A DNA stretch of 63,844 nt, filler included, from Octopus bimaculoides (GCF_001194135.2; 5 parts of 5 records of this genome joined end to end with filler, not necessarily neighbours in it); one strand, 5' to 3'. Shown: positions 36,199 to 49,140, counted from the whole stretch's first letter. Notes: generated by a model not told the origin, from the sequence alone. Numbers and translations are program-made.

Positions 36199-36565
36199 TT
36201 CTTATTCTAGCAGCTACACTTTCAGCGCACCCACCCCCACTACTAACTTGGTCGCCCAGATAGCGGAAGCTATCGACTACCTCTAGTTTTTCACCCTGGA
36301 ATGAGATAGAAGTTGTTTCCTGTTTGTTTGCAGTCTTTATTGCACCTGAACATCTGCCACAAACAAAAACTAACTTGCTAGTTAACCTGCCTTTGATGTT
36401 GCTGCACCTCTTATGTGTCCATAGCTTGCACCGGGTACATCTTATAGAGTTACTACCTACTCCTTTTCTACATACTGAGCAGGGCCATCTACCTGAAGGG
36501 GTTTGTGTTTTATCTACCTTCCTACTTATTAGGATTTTGGTTTTAGCTAGGTTGACTCTAAGAGT
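36199..36565 (-). mobile_element. RTE LINE fragment with an intact PHD (C4HC3) finger, open frame of ~120 aa
   Basis: LRVNLAKTKILISRK..GRWPCSVCRKGVGSNSIRCTRCKLWTHKRCSNIKGRLTSKLVFVCGRCSG..EKLEVVDSFRYLGDQVSSGGGCAESVAARIR; no stops; absent from the ORF track. Confidence 0.85.
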
Positions 36566-37199
36566 AATCTGAATACTAAAGGGTTTAAGACAATGGGCTG
36601 TGATTTGAGAGAGAAGTAATTTAGCTGCTATTTCTTTGGTTGATTACTTCCAAAAGGTCATCACAAATTACACAAACAACTAAAAAAAAAAATAAACACA
36701 CACACTACTAGTGCAATGGCCTAAAAGAAGGTTTAGTTTACGAGGCTTTTAACAACAAACTGCAAACAATCAAAAAGTTTAATTTAGAAACTACAATTAA
36801 TGATTGTGTTCACACCGACTCTCATTAACTTAATAGTTTGTTTTTGAATTCATTCCTTTATTTGTTTGCTTTTGATGTATGTTTTTTTTTTCGTTTGTTT
36901 TTTGTCTTTTGACAATAGAAATCATTAAGAACTCAGCTGAGATAATCATATGATGAAAATAAGAACAATGCAAGGTCAACAGGTTTACAAATCATATTGC
37001 TTTCACACTTCAGCTCAAAGCAACAGATTTATTAGTGAGGAATAATCAAGTTTGGACCCTAAAAATCTCTCTTATCCAGTTTCATGGGGACATCAGACAG
37101 TTACATTTACTATTGATGCTGGCAGATTTTGAACACAAAGGCAAAGCTCATAAAACTTATCACAAGAATCCTGAGAGAGGGGTCGTGGATTTAATTTCT

Positions 37200-37424
37200 G
37201 TAGACTCACATGCAATTTGTGGATCCCACAAGTAGGTCAGAACTGGAACTGGAACTGCATGACTGTTTGAAAACTGGGTATTTGTTGTGTTGTAGGAGAA
37301 CAGATCTATCACAAGATCCAGTCTTTGTGGCTTGTGACAGTGTGGTGAGAGCTATGCCAGGGGAGCACAAGCTCCTTGTAGGGCCTCCAATGCTGGACAG
37401 GTCAAAGGAGAGAGGCCAGACTAA
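37200..37424 (+). mobile_element. RTE-like 5'UTR fragment
   Basis: gagctatgccaggggagcacaagctcc..gggcctccaatgctggacaggtcaaaggagagaggccagactaa resembles RTE 5'UTRs (from memory). Confidence 0.45.
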
Positions 37425-37434
37425 TAATAATAAT

Positions 37435-37797
37435 AAGAGCACTCAGAGAGTGCAAACCTCTGCCAAGGCAACATCAACATCCTCTCAACAATTAGCCAGA
37501 GATGATTTTTAAAATGAGAATATCTGAAATAAACTCGACTGCTCTCACAAACAAGAATACTAAAAAATGAACCTGACTGCTCTCAAAAATTAAGTAAAAA
37601 AACAGGAAAAATAATCCAGAATCCTTGTCCGGTATTGGATCAATCACAAAATCTAAATAGTTCATGCCAGTCATGAGGCCAAACATCCTTGAAAGTTTCA
37701 TCTGAATCCATTCAGCGGTTCTTGAGATATTTTGTCCACAGACAAACAAACAAATGAACATGACTGAAAACAACACCTCCGCCTTTGCTAAGGCAGG

Positions 37798-37803
<6 letters not shown>
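37435..37803 (+). mobile_element. Helentron-associated (HINE / pearl / DINE-like) non-autonomous element
   Basis: 5' subterminal cctctgccaaggc; core aagtttcatctgaatccattcagcggttcttgagatatt; (caaa)n; 3' hairpin cctccgcctttgctaaggcagggg; flanked by (TAA)n. Confidence 0.65.
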
Positions 37804-37837
<34 letters not shown>

Positions 37838-37840
<3 letters not shown>

Positions 37841-38270
37841 GTTTCAAATTTTGGCACAAGGCCAGCAATTTCAGGGGAGGGGCAAAGTTGATTACATCAA
37901 CCCCAATGTTCAACTGGTATTTGTTTTATCAACTCCAAAAGAATGAAAAGCAAAGTCAACCTTGGCAAAATTTGAACTCAGAACATAAAGACAGATGAAA
38001 TGCCACTAAGCATTTTGCCTGGCATGCTAACAATTCTATCAGCTTGCTGCCTTAATAATAATAATCCTTTCTTCTAAGGGCACAAGACCTGAAATACTGG
38101 GGGAGAGGACTAGTCAATTGCATTGACCACAGTGTTTCACAGGTACTTAATTTATCAACTCTGAAAGGATGAAAGGCAAAGTCAACTTTGGCAGAATTTG
38201 AACACAGAACATAAAGATAGATGAAATGGCGCTAAGCATTTTTCTCAGTGTGCTAACGATTCTGCTAGCT
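37838..38270 (-). mobile_element. Two tandem tRNA SINEs (12505 family) with (TAA)n tails
   Basis: Copies at 37838-38053 and 38065-38270 share ggcacaag(g/a)cc..actggta..gaa(a/g)gaatgaaa..gaatttgaac..tgctaac. Confidence 0.8.
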
Positions 38271-38271
38271 T

Positions 38272-38787
38272 TTATATATTGAAGGACTTCAGACAAAAAT
38301 CATGCCGCGTCATTGATATGACTGTCCCAATTGACACAAATGTATCTGTCAAGACCTACCAAAAACTGAGTAAGAATAAAGATCTTGAAATAGAAATTGG
38401 CAAAATGTGGAACCTCAAGACTAAAACAATACCTGTTGTCAAAGGGGCCCTAGGAATGATAGCAAAAGGAGCTGATTCCTACCTAGCCCAGATACCAGGA
38501 AACTCCAAAATGGCAGAAATTCAAAAGATAGTGCTCATGGGAACTGCTCATATCCTACGTAAAATACTGTCTATGTGATCTCAAATTTTAAAACAAGCTT
38601 TTAATTTTCTTGTTTTCTTAAACATTCTCTAGAACAATACTTTGAGCAAAACCAAATATATGATACCCAAGGTACAACACCAACTTGAACTTCTAACTTG
38701 TTGTCCCTTGATGTCTCTGGGTGAGACTTGGAGTCAACTTGTACAAATACAAAGCAAAAGTCAAAAACAATAATAATAATAATAATT
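38272..38787 (+). mobile_element. R4/Dong-clade non-LTR element, 3' fragment (restriction-like endonuclease region, 3'UTR, TAA tail)
   Basis: KDFRQKSCRVIDMTVPIDTNVSVKTYQKLSKNKDLEIEI..TIPVVKGALG..IQKIVLMGTAHILRKILSM*; tail gatgtctctgggtgagacttgg..(taa)n. Confidence 0.8.
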
Positions 38788-38867
38788 TTCAACATAGATG
38801 ATTGAGGTAAAGAGATATATTGGGTAATCATGACTCTTCCAAGAGAATCAGTAATGTTGATTGAGGA

Positions 38868-39160
38868 CAAACAAATTCAACTGGACAACTGAAACTGGGT
38901 TGTGAACTCCATTTAACAAGAACTAAACTTTCCAGCTCATGTAAACAGAACACCCCTACCTAGAAAAGAGTAAAGTTACAGAAACATTAATGACAACGGA
39001 AAAACAAGAAGACGTAGAAGAGGAAGGCTTTTCCTTCAAGTGGAATGGATAGGCCATACCTTAAGAGAAGTAGAAGAGACAGCCCATAGTTGAGAACAAT
39101 GAAGAGAAGTCATTGATGGCTTATGATTTACAGGGAGCAAAGGGCTGAAGTAAGTAAAAA
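38868..39160 (+). mobile_element. Internally deleted RTE remnant ending in (gtaa)n
   Basis: WIGHTLR-like motif, then REQ*REVIDGL*FTGSKGLK* followed by gtaagtaa. Confidence 0.5.
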
Positions 39161-39444
39161 AGTAAAGGAAACGAGAAAGAGGTTTGTTGCTGAGAAAGCT
39201 AATGAGTGGATTTGGTAGGCATAACCTTTTTATATATTTTAATGTCTCATTCTTTTAAATCAAGATATGTTTCTGTCAGCATTTTATTTATATCGATTTA
39301 TGTAAGTTAATTTATTAATAATTATTTATTTGTAGATTATTCCATTATTCTATTACTTGCTTCTTTATTACTTTATTTTAATTATGAAGGACAGAACCAA
39401 GTTCTTAGGTAATTTGGTTTCATGATAGAGTGTTATAAGGATTG

Positions 39445-39700
39445 TTGTGGTTGTTTCCTTCTCGAGCCATGCCTTGTCATATAGGTTCCCCACCTGGATG
39501 GGATTCTGGTCCATCACAGGAGAAAGAATGATAGAAAGTTGAGGCGAAAGAGTCAGCAGAAGTTCGTCATTATCTTCTGCTTGAGCTGCATGGAACTTAG
39601 GTATTTGGCTCATAAACACACACATCACCCGGTGTGAGATCTGAACCCACAATCCCTCAACTGCAAGTCCGCTGCTCTAACCACTAGGCCATGTGCCTCC
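39445..39700 (-). mobile_element. tRNA SINE (49692 family)
   Basis: Minus-strand head ggaggcacatggcctagtggttagagcagcggac..gggttcagatctc. Confidence 0.65.
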
Positions 39701-39759
39701 ATGTCATAGGGATTAGATATAAATTTTCATAGTATTATGCTGTTTCATAAATAGCTTAA

Positions 39760-40350
39760 CCCTTTAGTATTCAGATTACTCTATCAAATATAATGTTTGT
39801 TTATTCTTTTATTCTTTTTTTTTTTTACTTGTTTAAGTCATTTGACTGTGGCCATGCTGGAGCACCATCTTAAAGGGTTTTAGTTGAAGAAATCGACCCC
39901 AGGACTTATTCTTTGTAAGCTTAGTACTTATTCTATCAATCTATTTTGCTGAACTGCTAAGTTACAGGGACATAAACACATCAGTTGTCAAGTGATGGTG
40001 GGAGGGGACACACACATGCACAAATATATATAATGGGCTTCTTTCCGTTTCCATCTACCAAATCCACTCACAAGGCTTTGACCGGCGCAGACTATAGAAC
40101 ACACTTCTCCAAGGTACCACACAGTGGGACTGAACCCGGATCCATGTTGTTGGAAAGCAAGCTTCTTACCACACAGCCTATTCATTCATATTATTTTGAA
40201 TTAATCATACATTATCGTGCAGTTTGAAGATTAATATAGTAATTGTTTATTTTTAGATGGACATTGTCACGTAGGCCTGATCTGGCCAGTTTGAGCATAA
40301 AACAAGCAAAATATTTTGGGCCTGATATAGCCTGTTTGAATGCTGAAGGG
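39760..40350. mobile_element. piggyBac-type MITE (TTAA target duplication) containing a nested CORE-like SINE (39822-40170, -)
   Basis: TTAA|ccctttagtattca ... tgaatgctgaaggg|TTAA; an isolated end of the same MITE lies at 36563-36587. Confidence 0.7.
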
Positions 40351-40399
40351 TTAATGAAGTTGGAAAGCCATTGTGCTGCAAATATGACAAATGTGCATG

Positions 40400-40612
40400 T
40401 GTGTGTGTATTTCTACTCCTCATCACTTAACTAGTGTTGGTTTGTTTACGTCCCTATAACTTAGAAGTTTGGCAAAGGTGACCAATAGAATAAGCTCCGC
40501 CTTAAAAGATAAGTACTAAAGTTGGTTTGGTCAACTAAAACCCTTCAGGGCTGGAACCCAACATCACTGCAGTCGAAATACTGAAAGAAGTAAAAGATAA
40601 AAGAAATAATTT
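40400..40612 (+). mobile_element. CORE-like SINE, 3' half (diverged)
   Basis: tgttggtttgtttacgtccctataacttag..ggcaaaggtgaccaatagaataag..cagtcgaaatactgaaagaagtaaaag. Confidence 0.65.
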
Positions 40613-41079
40613 AAATGTTTCTTCTCAAACAAAAGTTGTTTTTCTCTTTTTTTTTTTTTTTTCAAATCCATAGACAAGTTCGTCTGAATGGATTCAAATG
40701 TTATGAACAATATTAAAAGGTTTTGCAGCTGAAACAGTGCAAGCTTTCTGTCAAGCATTGGTCATTTCAAGAACTGCATGCACTAATTTGGACAATTTCT
40801 ATATCTGTTCTCATTCTATTGGAATAGCTTTTGTAAACTTAATAACATAGCAATGTCACATAGAGTCTGTAATTAATGGAGTGCATGAAATGTCCATCAC
40901 TGTGCAAAGTACAAGTTGCCAGAAGATCTTGAGGGAGACAAAAGAATTCAAATAAAACAGGAAGAGAGGCAAACTATCAAAATGAATGAAGGACAGCACA
41001 TCTCCTTTGAAGAGAAACTTGAAGTTGATGGGCTTAATTGAAGAGAAAGGAAGAAAATAATTCAGAATAATAATAATTC

Positions 41080-41375
41080 TTTCTGCTAGAGGCACAAGGC
41101 CTGAAATTTTTGCGGAGAGGGTGAGTTGGTTACATCACCCTCATCAATGCTCAATTAATACTTATTTCAGTGATTCTAAGAGGAAGAAAGGCAAAGTCGC
41201 CTTCAGAAGAAATTTAACTCAGAGCAGAAAGATGGACAAAATAATAATGTCAGATTATGACGCAAAGCCAGCAAATTCAGAGAAGGTGATAAGTCGATCA
41301 CATCAACCCCAGTGCCCAACTGGTACTTATCTTATTGCCCCTGAAAGGATGAAAAGCAAAGTCGTACTCAGAAGA
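41080..41375 (-). mobile_element. Partial SINE copies (12505 family)
   Basis: gaggcacaaggcctgaaattt..aaaggcaaagtcgcc and cccagtgcccaactggtactta..gaaaggatgaaaagcaaagtcg. Confidence 0.65.
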
Positions 41376-41677
41376 TAAAGACACCACAAAATTGCAGTCA
41401 CTCTGATCACTAAAACTCCCTTGTATGGCCCTCCCTTCCTCAATCTATAAGTGCTATCTCAGAGCAGGCTTATACATTTGGGCCTTTCTTGCCACTCTCA
41501 CCCCACTTTCAACAAATTTGCTAGAAGGTAGCACTCCACTCTCCATCCTCACTTTCCTTTCAAGTGACCATCATCTTATATTCCACAAGAAAATCTGAGC
41601 TCCATCTGCCTGTCTGTAACAACATCTGGATAGAGGGAGGGAAGAAGGGAAAACGAAGAAGTCGTTGAGAGAGAAAT

Positions 41678-41709
<32 letters not shown>

Positions 41710-42394
41710 TGAGTGAGTGAGTGTGGTGTGTGTGTGTGTGTGTGTGTAAAAGATAGATAAATAGGTAGTGTTGTCACCTTAGTAACTAATAAGTTTTGAT
41801 TAAAAAAGCAGGAATTTTAAGTGTAAGTCTGTCAACCAATGTAACAGACTTAAAAAAAAAGACTATATATAATAATACATGTAGTTATTGTGTGTGCGTA
41901 CGTGCGTGCATGCATGTTTGCTTTTCCTGTATGGCTTTCAACATATAAACAATGCAACATAGGCTTTAAGAAAAGACTTTCACTTTGAACAATCTATAAA
42001 GGTACGTGCATGATTGACAAATATGTATGACTGCAGCATAGTAACAGGTAATGACCTAGTGACTGATAAATCACAACAATTTTATAAGAGAGGAATGAAT
42101 ATGGAGGATTGGTGGACGAGGTGGAAAACCAGTAAGGTTGGGTAGGATACAAAGATCAACATTTTGATACTATTATAGGCACCTGTGATAAATAATAAAG
42201 TCAGGGCTGTTGTATATTTAAAAAAACAAAACAATGACTTCAAATTATTTATCAAAGGTGTCTAAATTTGTATGAAAATGTTGACCTTTGTGCCTTATCC
42301 AGCCTTATCAGTTTGCCAACCATGTCACCATCCACCATATTCATTTTCCTCTGCACCAATAAAAAATAAGGTGCTGCAGCAGAAAGAAACAGAC

Positions 42395-43145
42395 ATATCA
42401 TCATCATTTAATGTCTATTTTCCATGCTGGCATGGGTTGGATGGTTTGACCAGAGCTGGCAAGCCAGAGAGCTACACCAGGCTCCAGTCTGATTTATTAT
42501 GGTTTCTGTGGCTGGATGCTCTTCCTAACACCAACCACTTTACAGTGTGTGCTGGGTGTTTTTAATGTGGCAATGCACCAGCACTTCTACATGGCACTAG
42601 CAGGAGTGTTTTTTTTTATGTAGCACCAGCACAGGACTCTTGCTAGCCAGTCCTCTTTACCAGGGGAAGCAGCCTTAACACTTCTGCTGTAGAGTACAGG
42701 TCTTCTTGAGTACAGCTAGGTGCTAGGTATCTCAGTCCTTTGTCATCTCATCTGAAAGGTTCAGCGTCCTGAGGTCGTCCTTCAGTACTTCATCCAATGT
42801 CTTCCTGGGTCTCCCACTTTCACATGTTCCATCTACTTTAAGAGATTCGCACTTCTTTATGGAGTTGTCAGCATCCATCCACATCACATGACCAAACTAG
42901 CACAGTCTTCTCTCTTACACATGGCATCTAATTCCTCTTATGCCTCTCAATACACTAACACACTGTCAAACCTGTAGACTTACATTACACATCCAGTGGA
43001 GCAGTCTGGCTTCATTCCTCTCTAGCCTTTGCATGTCCTCTGCATTCAGAGCCCACATCTCACCACCATGTAGAATTCCTGTCTGTATACTTGCATCAAA
43101 CAATCTTCGTTTCACTCACAGAGAGAAACCTTTGGTTGCCAACTG
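42395..43145 (-). mobile_element. RTE LINE 3' fragment plus tail
   Basis: Tail catcatttaatgtctattttccatgctggcatggg; the coding remnant includes the reverse complement of GRPRKTLDEV and upstream RT C-terminal motifs. Confidence 0.7.
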
Positions 43146-43152
43146 AGGTGTA

Positions 43153-43319
<167 letters not shown>

Positions 43320-43320
<1 letters not shown>

Positions 43321-43910
43321 TTACCTAGGTGGCTTAATTAGCAGCAGAGGAGGCTGTTCTAAAAGGGACGTTGCTAGAATATGAACTAGCTGGTAAAAGT
43401 TCAGAGATCTATTACCTCTGATGGTAACAAAAAGGAAAGATAGGTTGTATGATGCTTGTGTATGAACAGCAGTGTTACATGATTGTGAAACATTGGCTTG
43501 AAATGCATAGAACATAACAAAACTAGAAAGAAATTAAGCTAGCATGCTCTGTTGGATGCGCAATGTCAGTGTGTACATATGGCAAAGTGCAAATGTGTTG
43601 AGAGAAAAACACAGAATAGGAGGAATCAGATGTGTACATGAGAGAAGACTGTACTGGTATGGTGATGTGATGCTCAGGGATGAAGATAGCTACATAAAGA
43701 AGTGTTGATCACTAAATGTGGGTGGATCCTGGGGAAGAGAGAGGCCAGGGAGATGTGGGATGAAACAGTGAAGACTGACCAGAGGTTGTTGAGCTCTCAT
43801 GGAGGAGATGACAAAGGATCAAAATGATTGGTGATTTACTATGCTTGAGCAGACCCAGCCATCTCAGCAAAAAATTAAGTCCTAAAAGCATATGACTCCA
43901 TGTCCAATCT
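43320..43910 (+). mobile_element. Degenerate RTE LINE C-terminal fragment
   Basis: LGGLISSRGGC..KFRDLLPL..RLYDACV..LERN*ASML..RRLYWYGDV..GRERPG motifs with stops. Confidence 0.7.
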
Positions 43911-44669
43911 GCATCTGTCAAGCTTTCCCTATAACTCATTTTCATAACACTCATCCCCCCCTTCACCTTTCTAATGATGGCACTATTTATTTCTTCAGCT
44001 GCTGTGGTAAACAAGAGTAGAACTTCACATATTTCATCCCTCATTTTTGTGCTACAAGTTATCCCTCTCCTTGAAAACACTTCCCTCAATACCCTTCCTA
44101 CATTCTCAACATCTTCCCTTATCCCTTCATTTCCCACTATACACCCCTTTCCCCCAAACACAGTCACATATCTGCCATCAATGCCTTCTCCACCTTTGTT
44201 TGTCACTCACTGCATCCATCCCTACATATCTCTAACCTCCATCTCAATAATGTGCATCCCAGTTTCATATCCCTTCACATCATGTCTCATCTATCTAGTT
44301 TTATTATACTGTTGCTCTCCACCTTGCTCCTTTTTATGTATTGTCACCTATCGCCTCCTCCCCCCTCACCAATTGCTGTTTTCCTTTACCTCTTCCCCCA
44401 CCATTGACCATGCTTCCATCTGTGATCACCATTGACTACATTCACTTCATCTCTAACCAATCTGTCACTCTACTTTCACATCCACAAACCTACCCATCCA
44501 TCCACTTTCTTGTACCTTGAGGGTACACCCTGATATTTCATCTCTATTAGCCTTTCTCCCTTTCCTACTGGAAAGCTATGTATCTCATCTACAACAAGAC
44601 ATTTATTCCTGTCTCTCTATCATACATTAGCCCCTCAATACTTGGTATGAAGTCACCTCAGTTGTACAT

Positions 44670-44915
44670 AATTGCACCTCCACTCAGTCAAGGAGTTTTG
44701 TCTTGTGAGTTACTTGGTGACCTCACTAGTGCCATGATAAAAGCACCCAGCACACTTTGTAAAAAGGTTAGCGAGCCTTCTATAGCTGGATCAACCATAC
44801 AAACCATGCCAAAGCAGACACTGGATCTCAACGCAGTCCTCTGTTTCTCCAGATCCTTTTGAACTGTGCAACCCATACCAGCATGGGACACGGATTTTCG
44901 AAGATGATGATGATA
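44670..44915 (+). mobile_element. RTE-related tail element (diverged)
   Basis: gataaaagcacccagcacact..caacccataccagcatggg..gaagatgatgat. Confidence 0.5.
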
Positions 44916-45321
44916 TATACACGTACGTACGTACGTGTGTATGTGTATGTGTGTGTGCACAAGCACCATCAACCTTGCCCTAAATTCAAGACAGACTAAA
45001 GAAGATCCTGCACTACACACCATCTAACTCAAGCCAGCGTCACGTATAATCAATTATGGATGCATGCATGATACCAGAGAGAGAGAGAGAGAGAGTAGAA
45101 ATAAGCTCTGAGTAAACAAATTCTACAAGCCAGTTTCGAATCCCAGTTGTAACTATTTCACTTCCTGTAGGTTACAAATGTATTTGGAAAAATATTTCTT
45201 CTCTTTCCCTCGAGTCAACAGACTTGGCCACTTGTTGACTCGTCAAAGGTTGGAGGTTCATAACTGTGGTTGTATTAAATTCATAGGGAGACAATGAATG
45301 AAAACGACCATTCGAATGCAT

Positions 45322-45710
45322 TAGATTTACCTTCCATCCCTCCGGGGTCGATAAAATAAAGAACCAGTCGAGTACTGAGGTCAATGGCGTCAACTAACCC
45401 CTTACTCCTAAAATTACTAGCCATGTGCCAAAAACTGAAACAATTATTAAAATTATTAAGGTGGTGGAGCTGATAGAATCGTTGAAGCATAGGAAAAATT
45501 GCTTGCAATATTTCTTCCGATTCTTTACATTCTGAATTCATATCTTACCGTGTTCAACTTTATTTTTCGTCCTTTCGAGATAGATAAAATAAAGTACCAG
45601 TCATAGATAAAATAAAGCACCAGTCAAGCACTGGAGTAGATGGTATCGGTTAACCCGCCCTCACTCTCGAATTCCAGGCCCTATGCCTATACTAGAAATT
45701 ATTATTATTA

Positions 45711-45757
<47 letters not shown>
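45322..45757 (+). mobile_element. Two SINE copies (12505 family) with (TAT)n tail
   Basis: ccttccatccctccggggtcgataaaataaagaaccag; head ggtggtggagctgatagaatcgtt at 45459. Confidence 0.7.
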
Positions 45758-48561
45758 CACCGTTAATACATGACAAAATTTGAAAGTTCAGGTTTTAAGG
45801 ATTGCCGAGATCGAAGTGGTACCCATGGATGAAAATATTGTAAAAGTGCGATGACAAAAGTGCGATGACAAAATTGAAGGAGAATGGATTGAGTTCTGTC
45901 CATACAATTACATATATTGTATGTAATGTTGCTAAACTGATCACAAAGTTGTGTGAGTACACATCGAAGCCCAGTTCCTTTAGCACGACATAATTTTTTC
46001 TAATTGCTTTTTATAATTAATTTAATCATTAATTAATATTAAGGATAAACCATTATATCCCCCTAATACTTTCAGATGGATATTTCTGTTCGTTGGCTCT
46101 GTACGAATTTAAATCACCAAAATACAATTCTACTCGAGATAAAATTGTAAATCGTCAAATGTCAACAGTCACGCAAGTGGGTGTGACGACAAAAATGAAA
46201 TCTGGTCGTTTGTCAAACAACTGTGGAGACACAAACTTTCGAAATAAAAACACCTTACAAAGTCTACTTTTACTGTATGAAGGCACTTTAGTATTGAGGC
46301 AACTGGTTAAAGAAACGAGACTATCGAAATTAGGACACTTTAACTCACTTGCAGCTGTTTTCAACGTCTTCTATCACTTCGTTCTCCATGTAGATAAATA
46401 TACCAGAGAGACACAGGGCGACATAGAGGAGAGCCAAGGACACTCCAGGCAAAATTTCGTCACATTTAAACCACAACATATCTCCTCCACCCTGTTTATG
46501 TAGTAACCAGGGGAGACAACTCCGTCTTGTTAGACTTGCTACAGTGCTGATCATAACGATGATGATGATGATGTCGCCAACTACTGTTATATGCTTGTCA
46601 ATCTGAAAACAGGTGTTTTCTTAGTATTGGATTTCAGTTGCGTAAAATATTTGGAGAGTAAACTATATTAAATTTAGAAAATAAGAGACTAAACCGGTGC
46701 CAAAGAAATGTTCTTTCATTTTTAATTTGATGGCCTGAAATTCCCTGTTTTACTAGTCAGTGCTTTATACATTTTAATAGCATCATTAATTCATGACGCA
46801 TTTTCCCCATTATAACTTTTACACATTAAAACAGTATTATTAAACATTCCTTGGGTTTTTTTTTTATTTAACTCGATTTATACGTGTTAAAAAGCTGCTT
46901 CCTGAAGGGAGGGATTATCTTAACAAGTTCGAAGATGTATAACGAAAGGTTTTCTCAATAATTCTAAGAAAATTAAAATAATTATAATAAAAGACTAGAG
47001 GGATGAATTCATTAGCGTTTAATAAATAGCCATAATGTTAACATGGAAAATAAACTGAGGGGAGTCTTTCATTTGGCTCAATAATTCATACGAAACCTTA
47101 AAAATGAACCCCTGCGGTTTAACTCTACTAACTATAAGTATAGAATACGGAAAATAGAGATTATAAGCAGGTCCGTTGAACAAAATAGAAATATATGCGC
47201 ACAAAAATACGTGTAAATGGATCCTTTGGATGATATTAATGGAATGAGAATAGAGAGAACAAAAAAGAGAATTTTATAATTTGATTTTTAGAATAAAATC
47301 TTCAAATATTTCAATAAGGTATTTTAATAAAATTGATCAGTGGAGAAGGCTGAAATTCGCACGTAGGTATGTGTGAACTCTCACAAGTCATATAGTTTAT
47401 TTACTATAAAGTGTTAGCAGAAATAGTTTTGAGGATCACCTGAAATTGTAATTCAATCTTGTATATCTATGATCTGACTTTAATCGCTACTAATATCGGC
47501 TTTACCTATCTACCCCTCCAGGGAAGATTAAAGTAAGTATGAGAAGTATACTATGATCTAATCAAGTTACTAATATATCTGTCTCCTCAACAAAGGGACC
47601 AGAGCTTTAGGCATAATTTATTATTATTATTATTATTATTACAGTGACATCGTTTTGAACATACATTCTTTCTTCCTTTCTTTTTCCTATTTATTTATTA
47701 TTGTACACATATTGATAATTTTATCAAAACAGTGGGGCCGCTAATATCGAACTGTGAAACCTAGCAAGAGTTATTGGTTTAAATGGAATAATATCCGTTG
47801 TGACTTAATTGGAGCCATCTCATAACATATATGACAACACTTAAACAATGAATGATTATCGAAGAGCAATTAAAGAAATAGATTAATTAGGAGTATATAT
47901 AAAGACTAATGATTCTGTGAGCATCATTTGTGTATGTTATTATAATTTCTTGAAATTCATAATAAAAACCTAGATTAGTAATATTTTGATATAGGGTATT
48001 CCGTTCCCTGGGACCACTTAAATGCTCTGGAATCGCTTGTGTCATGTTGCTCCTAATAATATTTGATATTATCTATAACTCTTCTATAATTCACCTATAG
48101 TTAGATGTCATAGGGTATTAGCAAGGTTATTGTTTTGTTTGTTTTTAGCGGTATTTTTCGGGCAGATTATGAAAAAATAAATTGTGAAGGATGGTCTCAA
48201 TTATATCAACAAATTGAATGATTTCATTACAAATTTATTGCTTAGTAGTCCGTTATATTTAGTAATTATGTCGGAGTAAATAATCGAGCTCTAATTAGAT
48301 AGAATGTTCATCTCAATGCCTCATTTAACCCTAATATAATATTACCTTAGATTGAATTAGAGAAAGTAGTTAAGGAGATAACGTTATGAATAATTCTAAA
48401 ATGAGACAAGGGAAGTAACTCAAATAGAACAATGGCATGAATTTGCTCACTAAGCAAGAAGAAAAATTAAATTCCCTTCTTCACAATATTTAAATTATAC
48501 AACGAAAACAAATGTAAATTTCTTTAAAATTTTTGATTTAAAATAAAATACAAATAAAATG

Positions 48562-48640
48562 TTTTTTCTGATTATATAATTATTTTATTTTCTGATTATA
48601 TAATTATTTTATTTTCTGATTATATAATTATTTTATATAA
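48562..48640. repeat. 24-bp tandem repeat x3 (ctgattatataattattttatttt)
   Basis: Unit starts at 48568, 48592 and 48616. Confidence 0.9.
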
Positions 48641-48789
48641 TTACAAATATTTGTTCTTTAAAATCTGTTTCGTTTATTTATTTCGCCGCCACCACCACAA
48701 CTATCAAATAAATATTAAAAAAATTTTATTGATTATTTTCTTTCGAAGGCAGTACAGGTTTATTTTGAGGCTGATCTCATTTCTCATAA

Positions 48790-49140
48790 GAGTGACCGAC
48801 CAAATGAGGGAGTCTATACATGGTCGCTTGAGCTTTTAAAAATAGCAGCTATATAACCCAACCCTCAAGTGACACCTTACCTACTGTCTTGAAAAGCTAT
48901 GGATACATTAGATAATGTACTAGATATACGATGCCTTAGAGAAAGGACAGGAAGAGTCATAGCTCTCAATGCCTTTTAGTCTTGCTCTACTCAACCAAGA
49001 CCAGCCGAGTAGCTAAACAGGTTATAAGGCTCTCCGTTCGCTCGATCTACTAGAAACGGCAATCTTATTTCTCCATGCTCACGCCCATCGTCTAAGAAAG
49101 GACACGTTAGATAATGTAGTCTGAAATACCGTCGAACCTA
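48790..49140 (+). mobile_element. Two partial SINE 3' regions (5850 family)
   Basis: catggtcgcttgagc..aaatagcagc..cctactgtctt..ttagataatgta, repeated at 49030-49130. Confidence 0.5.

Noticed and set aside
37012-37235. Frame with LLVRNNQVWTL, LRR-like
   Set aside because: Wrong phase, no donor at repeat length, and it runs into an RTE UTR.
43712-44435. Overlapping 164-aa and 153-aa ORFs
   Set aside because: Products of a pyrimidine/purine-skewed tract plus an RTE relic; no motif.
45847-45918. 72-nt AG..GT segment ending in TT
   Set aside because: Stop codon in the phase-2 frame; contains a short tandem duplication.
45800-45990. Minus-strand LKELGFDVYSH resembling mariner ELGWEVLPH
   Set aside because: Similarity is too short and no TIRs were found.
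46093-46503. 136-aa ORF
   Set aside because: No domain, and its 3' part lies in a repeat fragment.
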